From NCBI GenBank assembly GCA_963822965.1, contig CAWGJT010000013.1:160001-224000 (forward strand): a stretch of 64,000 nt of DNA, given 5' to 3'. Shown one piece after another: positions 19,188 to 27,718 of this stretch. The notes below the pieces were generated by a model. That model saw nothing but the letters and a program-made list of their open reading frames with translations, was not told the origin of the DNA and did no database searches. The position numbers were made by a program, and so were the translations under genes. Source of the stretch: an uncultured delta proteobacterium. Lineage in GTDB: Bacteria > Myxococcota_A > UBA9160 > UBA4427. Position 1 is the stretch's first letter, and the number at the start of each line of letters is the position of its first letter.

Positions 19188-19237
19188 GGCTTCCGGAGTG
19201 GGTAGCCAGGGCTGGAACGTGATCTCCGGACGGACGT

Positions 19238-19441
19238 CTAGAGGTCGACGGCCTTCAGCGTCTTGCGCTTGTTGCCAGTTGCTCGCCCTTCGGCGGACTT
19301 GATCATGTCGCGAACCGCCGCGTCGAGCGCTCCGTAGAACTCGGAGCCGACGTTGCACTTCTTGACCGCTGCCTTGGTGCGAGACTTGGAGATGATCAGC
19401 TCGGCGGGCTTGCCCTTCTTGGCCTTCTTCTTGGCTGCCAT
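19238..19441 (-). CDS. Bacterial histone-fold protein (DUF1931-like) with Lys-rich N-terminal tail
   Basis: MAAKKKAKKGKPAELIISKSRTKAAVKKCNVGSEFYGALDAAVRDMIKSAEGRATGNKRKTLKAVDL; histone-fold C-terminal RKT-x4-D motif; purine-rich RBS. Confidence 0.85.
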   Translation of the reverse strand: MAAKKKAKKGKPAELIISKSRTKAAVKKCNVGSEFYGALDAAVRDMIKSAEGRATGNKRKTLKAVDL

Positions 19442-19605
19442 TTCTACTCTCTCCCCCCTGGTTGCCCCTGACGCTGCAGGAGCAGGAAATGGACTCGGAG
19501 CTCCCGTTGCTGCGGGAACCGCCGCCGGAACGAAATTTCGGCGAAGTGCCGCAATCCCCCCGGACACCCCCCCAAACACGCAAATTCACGCGTTCGAGTG
19601 CGCCG

Positions 19606-19633
19606 ATCATAAGACTTTCGATCTCGGAGTCAA
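19606..19633 (-). promoter_or_regulatory. Sigma-70 promoter for the histone gene
   Basis: TTGACT-16 bp-TATGAT on the minus strand. Confidence 0.65.
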
Positions 19634-19818
19634 AGGGCAAAGCGGCGCAAAATGGGCTGGAGGGGCCGAATTCGGCACTTTTTTCGGATCCGGCACTGCG
19701 GCAGACGCTCGCGGAGGGCGTCGCGCGGCAGATGCGTGTCCCGAGAACCGGCGTTTCACGCCTTCTCCGGCCCGATCTCGAAGGGCGCAGGAGTCGCCCC
19801 TGCTACGGTCGCGCGCCG

Positions 19819-20652
19819 ATGACGGCGCGTTCCGAACGGTTCACCACCGGCAGCCTCGGCGGCGTGCAGCTGCACGCGCAGCACTGGGGCGACCTGGAAG
19901 GTCCCATCGTGGTGCTGCTTCACGGGGGCGGCGCCAACAGCCACTGGTGGGACCACGTGGCACCCCGCCTCGCCCGGGACTTCCACGTCGTCGCGCTCGA
20001 CTTCCGCGGGCACGGCGATTCGGACCATCCCGAGGAGATCCGCGCAGGCGCCTTCTCGGAGGACCTGGAAGCGCTGCTCACCCACCTGGGCCGGCCGCGG
20101 GTCGTGCTGGTGGGCCACTCCATGGGCGGCGGGGTCGCCATCGACCACGCGGCGCGCCACCGCGACGTGCGCGCGCTCGTCGCGGTGGACGTGGCCCGCG
20201 GCGCCTCCCGGCGATCGCGGCGCAGCACGCGGCTGGCCCTCAGCCTGCGTCGAACCTACGCGACCCGGGAAGAGGCGATCGCGCGCTATCGCTTCCTGCC
20301 CGCCTCCGACCAGGCGAGCGAGGAGCTTCGCCGACACATCGCCGCGCACTCCGTACGCCAGGAGCCCGGCGGACGCTTCGGGTTCAAGTTCGATCCGCGC
20401 TGGTTCAGCCTGCCGCCACGACCGCGGCCCGACCTCTCGCGCATCGCGTGTCCGACCCTGCTCGTGCGCGGCGCCGAGAGCCCGATGCAGACCGCCGAAG
20501 GGGCCGCCGAGATGGCGGCGGAGATTCCCCATGTGCGGACGGTGGTCGTCGAGGGAGCCGGTCATCACGTGCACCTGGATCGACCCCAGGCGTTCCTGGA
20601 CGCTCTCACGGCGTTTCTCGCGGAGCTGCCGGGCTCGGGCGGCCCGTCCTGA
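19819..20652 (+). CDS. Alpha/beta fold hydrolase
   Basis: LHGGGANSHWW, DFRGHGDS, GHSMGG, AGHHVHLD. Confidence 0.9.
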   Translation: MTARSERFTTGSLGGVQLHAQHWGDLEGPIVVLLHGGGANSHWWDHVAPRLARDFHVVALDFRGHGDSDHPEEIRAGAFSEDLEALLTHLGRPRVVLVGHSMGGGVAIDHAARHRDVRALVAVDVARGASRRSRRSTRLALSLRRTYATREEAIARYRFLPASDQASEELRRHIAAHSVRQEPGGRFGFKFDPRWFSLPPRPRPDLSRIACPTLLVRGAESPMQTAEGAAEMAAEIPHVRTVVVEGAGHHVHLDRPQAFLDALTAFLAELPGSGGPS

Positions 20653-20711
20653 TCCGCCGGGCGAACTCCGCAGGTGGGGCGTTATGCTCGACGAACCCGC
20701 CGGAGGCCCCC

Positions 20712-22115
20712 ATGACCGATCTGCTCCACCGCCCCCTCTCCGAGCTCTGCGAGCTGCTCCGCAGCGAGCAGGTGAGCGCCACCGAGCTGATGCAGACCAC
20801 GCTGACCCGCATCGAGAAGACCCACCAGCGAATCAACGCCTTCGTCGCGCTGCGGGACGCGGACGCGGTGATGCAGGACGCCGAGGCCGCGGACCGGCGC
20901 ATCGCCTCGGGAGCAGCGCGTCCGCTGGAAGGCATCCCGCTCGGCGTGAAGGATCTCGAGGACGTCGCGGGGCTCGTCACGAGCATGGGCTCGGTGCCCT
21001 TCAAGGAGAACCTCGCCGAGCGCGACTCCCTCCAGGTGGAGCGGCTGCGTGCCGCGGGCGCGATCGTCGTCGGCAAGACGAACGCCCCCGAGTTCGGGTA
21101 CACGGCGATCACGAAGAACCTGCTCTTCGGCCCCACCTCCAACCCCTGGAACGTCGAGCGGACGCCGGGCGGCTCGAGCGGAGGCTCTTCGGCGGCCATC
21201 GCCGGCGGCATCGTCCCCCTCGCCACCGCCAGCGACGGCGGCGGATCGGTGCGCATCCCCGCCTCCTTCACCGGCTGCTTCGGCCTCAAGCCGAGCTACG
21301 GGCGGATTCCGAACGGCCCGGAGAAGACCTGGGTGATGGACGACACCGCGGTCCACGGGCCGTTGACCCGCACCGTGGAGGACGCCGCCATCCACCTCGA
21401 CTCGGTGGTGGGCGACCATCCGCTCGATCCCAACTCCCTGCCCCATCCCGGCTTCCGCTACCGCGACCGACTGGACGGGCTGCCCGACGCCCTGCGGATC
21501 GCCTTCTCGCCGGACCTCGGATACGGGGTCGTGCAGTCCGACGTGGCGCAGGTGGTCGCCGAGGCGGTGCGGGTGTTCGAGCAGCTCGGCCATCGGGTGG
21601 AGCCGATCGCGGGAGGGCCTCCGGAGCCGGGCCGCGACTGGGGTCTCTCCGGCGCCTTCGAGCTGCTCTCGAAGCTCGAAGTCCTGCTGCCGGAGCGCGA
21701 GAACGACTTCGGACGCGGATTCCTGCGGGGCGTCAAGGCCGGCCGGCACATGACGCCCCAGCTCTGGGGCCACATGAAGACCCGCCGGGAGGAGCTGAAC
21801 CGATGGTGCGCCCGCACCTTCGGCGACTACGACCTGCTGCTCACCCCCACCGTGCCCTATGACCCCCCGCCCGCCCGCGGTCCCCTGCCCCTGGAGATCG
21901 AGGGCCGGGAGCTTCCCGCGGCCAACGTCGGGACCTTCACGATGCCCTTCAACCTGTCCTGGCACCCTGCCGCGACCGTCCGCGCCGGCTTCTCCAGCGC
22001 CGGGCTACCCGTGGGGCTCCAGATCGTGGGGCCCCGACTCCGGGACGACCTGGTGCTCCAGGCCGCCCGGGCCTTCGAGCGGGAGCGCCCCTGGCAGACC
22101 TGGCCGGATCTCTAG
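20712..22115 (+). CDS. Amidase-signature family amidase
   Basis: GVKDL, GKTNAPEFG, TPGGSSGGS, SDGGGSVRIPAS. Confidence 0.92.
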   Translation: MTDLLHRPLSELCELLRSEQVSATELMQTTLTRIEKTHQRINAFVALRDADAVMQDAEAADRRIASGAARPLEGIPLGVKDLEDVAGLVTSMGSVPFKENLAERDSLQVERLRAAGAIVVGKTNAPEFGYTAITKNLLFGPTSNPWNVERTPGGSSGGSSAAIAGGIVPLATASDGGGSVRIPASFTGCFGLKPSYGRIPNGPEKTWVMDDTAVHGPLTRTVEDAAIHLDSVVGDHPLDPNSLPHPGFRYRDRLDGLPDALRIAFSPDLGYGVVQSDVAQVVAEAVRVFEQLGHRVEPIAGGPPEPGRDWGLSGAFELLSKLEVLLPERENDFGRGFLRGVKAGRHMTPQLWGHMKTRREELNRWCARTFGDYDLLLTPTVPYDPPPARGPLPLEIEGRELPAANVGTFTMPFNLSWHPAATVRAGFSSAGLPVGLQIVGPRLRDDLVLQAARAFERERPWQTWPDL

Positions 22116-22192
22116 CCGCCGCAGCCGCCGGTCGGTTTTCCGATCGTGCGTCCAGCGAATAGTCCAGGACCTGTATTTTCTTCGCCTGGACG

Positions 22193-22209
22193 GGGGCTTA
22201 GCCATTGCG
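22193..22209 (+). promoter_or_regulatory. Possible sigma-54 -24/-12 site upstream of the PEP-CTERM gene
   Basis: GG-CTTAGCCATT-GC (GG-N10-GC ending in TTGC). Confidence 0.3.
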
Positions 22210-22347
22210 GAGGACGGGCGGGGACGAGATAATCGAGCGCGGTGGATCTCGACCGGATCTGGCGCTGGCCAGATCCGGTCATGTCGTAGCCATCGGGTGA
22301 AGCCCTGAAGGTCGACGTTGGAAGGCAGAAGGAACGGGTACACGTAG

Positions 22348-22977
22348 ATGTTGAAGGATCGGATTTCTCGCGCTCGCACGCTGCTTCTCTCGATGGTCCT
22401 CGTCGCGTTCGCTTCGCCGGCTCTGGCGCTCAGCGACACGTACCTGGACTCGCTGGGAATGGCCGATCTCGGCTACGTCGGGAGCGGACAGACGCTCGAG
22501 TACGATCACGTCTTCGCGCCCGCGCAGGATTCCAGCATCGAGATCTCGTCCATCGACAGCGCCTGGCTCTACGTGACGGTCCTCGACGACTCCGCCTGCA
22601 GCCAGCTGCGAGGCTGCCTGAGCGACTGGTTCGGCCAGCCCGAGGTCGCGTCCATCGATCTCAACCAGGTTTCCTGGAAGACCGGCTCGGCCACGGCGGC
22701 GATCTTCTTCGGCGAGGTGAGCGCCCAGGCCGACCTGCTCTCCAACAACGGTGTCCTGCACGTCAGCGTGAACAGCGAAGGCGGGGACTTCACGGTGCTG
22801 TCGTCGCATCTCCGCACCACGTACCAGTACGACTACGCGCTGAACACCGCCGGCGGCGGAGCGGGTGTGGGAGCGGTTCCGGTTCCCGAGCCCAGCGCCG
22901 CGCTGGTGTTCGTAATCGGTAGCGCGACGATGCACGGCGCCGTGCGACGTCGAAATCGGCGGAGCGCGCGCAGCTGA
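22348..22977 (+). CDS. PEP-CTERM sorting-domain surface protein
   Basis: Signal peptide; C-terminal VPEPS + hydrophobic helix + RRRNRR. Confidence 0.85.
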   Translation: MLKDRISRARTLLLSMVLVAFASPALALSDTYLDSLGMADLGYVGSGQTLEYDHVFAPAQDSSIEISSIDSAWLYVTVLDDSACSQLRGCLSDWFGQPEVASIDLNQVSWKTGSATAAIFFGEVSAQADLLSNNGVLHVSVNSEGGDFTVLSSHLRTTYQYDYALNTAGGGAGVGAVPVPEPSAALVFVIGSATMHGAVRRRNRRSARS

Positions 22978-23102
22978 GCTTCGGTTCCGCGCCGCAAGGT
23001 CATTCCTCGAGGGCCGCTTCCACCCGGAGCGGCCTTCGCTGCATTCTCGGATCCCCCGGTCGCATTCTCGAATCCCCCGTCGGAAGCGAGCGCGCCTGAG
23101 CC

Positions 23103-24137
<1,035 letters not shown>

Positions 24138-24211
24138 AGCCGGCCCGCCAGACCCGACATCGAGCAAAGCCCCAGGTGGGGGCCGAAGATTCCCCGAGTC
24201 TGCGCGCCGGC

Positions 24212-24228
24212 TGGGCACCCGATTTGCA
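24212..24228 (+). promoter_or_regulatory. Putative sigma-54 promoter for the SRPBCC gene
   Basis: TGGGCACCCGATTTGCA = GGCAC-N5-TTGC. Confidence 0.45.
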
Positions 24229-24270
24229 CGGAACGGGGCGACTCTGCATCCTATTCGCCGTGAACCCTCG

Positions 24271-24774
24271 GTGCCGGTCCATTTGATCACCCTGATCATG
24301 TCGACGGTGATCGACGCAGATCGCGAACGCGTCTGGCGGGCGCTCACGGATCCCGCCGAGCTGGCCGGCTGGGACGATCACATCGTCGGGTCGGTGGCGC
24401 GCACCGGCGGCGGGCGGGAGGGATCGGGTCGCCGGGCCGAAGGGTCGAGCTGCTCGATCGTCGAGCAGCGGCGGTGGCGCTACCAGCTCGGGTCGGTCCA
24501 GGTCGTGCTGCACGAGCGGCCGCTGGAAGTCGCGCGCCTCGAGCGCCTGAGCAGCGCCCTCAAGATCGGCTCCCTGCGAATCGAGCAGACCTACACGCTG
24601 ACCAGCGAGTCCGTCGATCCGCCGCGCACCCGCCTGGGAATGAAGCTCGCCACCACCAGCTCGGTGCCCGTGGTGGGCGACGTCGTGGACCGCTTCAGCG
24701 TTCGCAGGCTCGCCGCCGAGCGGATCGATCGCACCCTGCGCTCCGTCCAGAGCTGGTGCCAGCAACATCCCTGA
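24271..24774 (+). CDS. SRPBCC (START/Bet v1-like) family protein
   Basis: STVIDADRERVWRALTDP N-terminus and long C-terminal helix; start uncertain. Confidence 0.7.
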   Translation: MPVHLITLIMSTVIDADRERVWRALTDPAELAGWDDHIVGSVARTGGGREGSGRRAEGSSCSIVEQRRWRYQLGSVQVVLHERPLEVARLERLSSALKIGSLRIEQTYTLTSESVDPPRTRLGMKLATTSSVPVVGDVVDRFSVRRLAAERIDRTLRSVQSWCQQHP

Positions 24775-24797
24775 CGAAGAGGACCGAGCGCGCCGAT

Positions 24798-25901
24798 CTA
24801 CTTCCCTTCCTCGTCCCCGGACTTCGGCGGCGCCTCTTCCGCGCGATCGTGCCAGATCTCGGTGTCGGGATGGAACGCCTTCCAGGCGAACCAGTAGCCC
24901 TCCGTCACCTTTACGTCGTCCGGCACCTCCCACAGGAAGGTCCCGGACTCCGAGTCGTAGGCGATGCGGATCCGCCGACCCTCGAAGTCGTCCACGATGC
25001 GTCCGCCCTCGGCGGTCAGGATCGAGCCGAGGTAGGCGCGCGTCTTCCCGTCCACCTCGAGCCCCACGACCACCTCCTTCGGGTGGTAGCGATCGTCCCG
25101 CGCTTCGACCTCGAAGGGAATCGAGTCGGAGACCCAGTACAGCTCGTAGGGGCTCTGCCGATAGTCGATCCGGTCGGGCTCGGGCAGCTTCAGCACCGTC
25201 GTATCGTTGTGGCGTTGGAACCAGATCCCCATCTGCTCCTGCCGCACCTCGACGGGCACGAGCCGCTTGCCGGCCATCGGACCCGCGACGGCGCGCCCCT
25301 CGTACTGGGCCCAGAGGCTCTCGGTCTCGCGGTCGTAGAGCAGGAATTGGCCGCGGTAGAGCAGACCGGACACCCCGAAGTGCAGCACGCGCCCGTCGAC
25401 GGTGCTCCGGTAGCCTCGGGGAATCCCCGTGAGGGGGTCGTAGGCCACCACGACCGGGACGTCGCCCAGCCGGTCGTTCACCACCTGGTGGTACTCGAGC
25501 ACGTGGACCGGATACGCGTGGTCGACGCCATCCAGTGACATTCCGATGACCGGCACCGGCGGCGGAGACCAGGCCGCCTCCGGCGGAGAGGCGAATTCGG
25601 GCGAGTCCACGCTTCGGATGCGGTCGCGCGCCGGGCCACCTTCGCGGATCGAATCGCGCGGCACGACGGCGTTCGACAGATCGAAGCCGTTCGGACGCGC
25701 GTCGCCTGCCTTCGTCTCCGGAGCGTTGGGCTTTCCCTTCTCCTGCTGCTTCTCTGGCGCCTGCTCATCCGAGCCCGGCGCGCTCGGGGACGGCGTGACG
25801 GCCGGGTTCTCTGCGGACGCTGCGGCGTGCGAGCCGCCGGCTGCGACGAAGACGAGCAGTGTCGCCGCGATGGTCGCAGCCTGGGCGAGGAGACGAGGCA
25901 C
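24798..25901 (-). CDS. DUF3179 family exported protein
   Basis: GGPARDRIRSVDSPEF, HAYP..L.YHQVVND, FGVSGLLY, LYDRETESLWAQ, YWFAWKAFHPDT; start uncertain. Confidence 0.8.
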   Translation of the reverse strand: MPRLLAQAATIAATLLVFVAAGGSHAAASAENPAVTPSPSAPGSDEQAPEKQQEKGKPNAPETKAGDARPNGFDLSNAVVPRDSIREGGPARDRIRSVDSPEFASPPEAAWSPPPVPVIGMSLDGVDHAYPVHVLEYHQVVNDRLGDVPVVVAYDPLTGIPRGYRSTVDGRVLHFGVSGLLYRGQFLLYDRETESLWAQYEGRAVAGPMAGKRLVPVEVRQEQMGIWFQRHNDTTVLKLPEPDRIDYRQSPYELYWVSDSIPFEVEARDDRYHPKEVVVGLEVDGKTRAYLGSILTAEGGRIVDDFEGRRIRIAYDSESGTFLWEVPDDVKVTEGYWFAWKAFHPDTEIWHDRAEEAPPKSGDEEGK

Positions 25902-25984
25902 GCCCCCAAGTCTAACGGCGCCGCTGCCATCCCCACAGCGCGGCGGCTGGCGAAGAGGGCAGGGGAGTGTCAACCTGCTCGCTC

Positions 25985-26539
25985 ATGGATGGCGAGCCTC
26001 GCAAGCGATCCGGCTGTCTGGTGGCGCTGTACGCGCTCTTCGGGGTCGGTCTGTTCTTCGTCGTCGCAGGCTCGATCGCGGCCTACTTCTTCTTCCAGAG
26101 CGAGAAGGGACAGCAGATCCTGCAGGTCGCCCGGGACGGCGCCCAGTGGCTCGCGGCCGCGAGCCAGGCCCCGGGCACCGAGGAGCTGCGCGCAGCCGGC
26201 TGCGAGGCGGCGATGGTCTCGGACGCCGCTTCGGCCCTCGACGTCTTCATGACCCTCGTTCCCGAAGAGCAGAAGCGCGAGGAGATTCGCGCCGACGTCG
26301 AGCAACGGGCGGGCAGCAGCGAGCTCGACGAGCTCACCCTCGTGATCTGCACCCTGCCCCGCTTCACCACCAGCAAGCCGGCCTGCGAGGACCTGGCGCG
26401 CACCTACGGCGACGCGGTCCCGAACGCCCCGCCCACCTTCTTCGTACTGGTGATCCAGCAGGGCGCCGACGCGCCGGCCTGCCAGGGAACCTACGATCGC
26501 GACGGCAACGCGCAGGAGACCGCCACGGCGACCCCGTAG
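25985..26539 (+). CDS. Hypothetical membrane-anchored protein with four periplasmic Cys
   Basis: RKRSGCL followed by a single TM helix; high-GC3 codon usage. Confidence 0.7.
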   Translation: MDGEPRKRSGCLVALYALFGVGLFFVVAGSIAAYFFFQSEKGQQILQVARDGAQWLAAASQAPGTEELRAAGCEAAMVSDAASALDVFMTLVPEEQKREEIRADVEQRAGSSELDELTLVICTLPRFTTSKPACEDLARTYGDAVPNAPPTFFVLVIQQGADAPACQGTYDRDGNAQETATATP

Positions 26540-26555
26540 CGACCCCGTAGCGACC
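26528..26555. repeat. 11-bp tandem duplication (2.5 copies) of a stop-codon region
   Basis: GCGACCCCGTA GCGACCCCGTA GCGACC; the TAG stop at 26537-26539 is duplicated. Confidence 0.8.
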
Positions 26556-26623
26556 GCGAGGGCGCGCCGGGTGGGCACCCGATGCCGTCGCGGCGGAGCC
26601 CGCGGTGTGCCGCCCGCCGCCGG

Positions 26624-27664
26624 CTACAGGATCTCCTCGGCGAGCACCCGCAATGCCTCGGGCGATCCGGCGCCGATCAGCATCGAGCCCACGTGGCGCT
26701 TGCTGCCGGCCTGCTTCCAGGCCTGCAGGCGGTCGATGATCCGCTCGCGCGGACCGGCGAGGTGGCAGGCGTCCACCAGCTCATCGGGTACCGCGGCGGC
26801 GGCCTCCTGCTTCTTTCCGCTGAGGAAGAGGTCCTGGATCCGCACCGCGGCCTCTTCGAAGCCGAGCCGCTTCGCGTAGTCGTTGTAGAAGTTCTTGTCC
26901 CGAGCGCCCATGCCGCCGATGTAGAGCGCCATGCTCATCTTGATCGGCAGGCGGCACCTCTCGACGTCGTCGCCCATGATGCAGGTCACGAAGGGCGCGA
27001 TCTCGAAGGAGTCGAGGCTCTTGCCGCCCCCCGCCTTCGCGAATCCCTTCTGCAGGCTCTCCTCGAAGACGTCGAAGCGCTCGGGATTCATCCAGACCGG
27101 GAAGACGCCGTCCGCCACCTCGCCCGCACACTCCATGCCGTTGGGAGAGATCGACGCGGTGTAGATCTTCAGCGCGGGATCTCCGTGCAGGATGCTCTTC
27201 AGGGGCTTGCCGAGGCCGGTCGCGTCCTTCCCGCGATAGGGAATCTGGTAGTGGAATCCCTCGTGGGTGAGCTTCTCCTCGCGAGCCAGGATCTTGCGGA
27301 TGATCGAGATGTACTCCCGGGTACGCGTCAGCGGACGACCGTAGGCGACGCCGTGCCAGCCCTCGACCACCTGGGGGCCGGACGGGCCGAGACCCAGGAT
27401 GAAGCGCCCGCCCGAGAGCGCGTAGAGGGTCATCGCCGTCATGGCCGTGGCCGCGGGGGTGCGGGCCGGCATCTGCATGATGGCCGTCCCGACGTTGATC
27501 TTCGTCGTGCGGGCGAGGATCCAGGCCGCCGGCGAGACGGCGTCCGATCCCCAGGCCTCCGCGGTCCACACGGAGTCGAATCCGAGGCCCTCCGCCTCGA
27601 GGATCAGGTCCATGGGCACGTTCATGGTGGCGGGGGAGTATCCGGCGATGATTCCGAGCTTCAT
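26624..27664 (-). CDS. LLM class (probably F420-dependent) oxidoreductase
   Basis: VWTAEAWGSDA, GTAIMQMPARTP, GRFILGLGPSGPQVVEGWHG, ALYIGGMG..KNFYN. Confidence 0.88.
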   Translation of the reverse strand: MKLGIIAGYSPATMNVPMDLILEAEGLGFDSVWTAEAWGSDAVSPAAWILARTTKINVGTAIMQMPARTPAATAMTAMTLYALSGGRFILGLGPSGPQVVEGWHGVAYGRPLTRTREYISIIRKILAREEKLTHEGFHYQIPYRGKDATGLGKPLKSILHGDPALKIYTASISPNGMECAGEVADGVFPVWMNPERFDVFEESLQKGFAKAGGGKSLDSFEIAPFVTCIMGDDVERCRLPIKMSMALYIGGMGARDKNFYNDYAKRLGFEEAAVRIQDLFLSGKKQEAAAAVPDELVDACHLAGPRERIIDRLQAWKQAGSKRHVGSMLIGAGSPEALRVLAEEIL

Positions 27665-27718
27665 GGGGGCCTTCCTGTCGCAGAGGGTGGGGGGATGGCT
27701 CGCGGCGAGTCCGAGACT

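Noticed and set aside
19353..22115. 920-aa fusion protein
   Set aside because: The real amidase starts at 20712 with its own RBS; the upstream part overlaps the hydrolase in another frame
23041..23082. Two imperfect 21-bp direct repeats (GCATTCTCG.ATCCCCC)
   Set aside because: Only two copies, not on a stop codon, and no evident function
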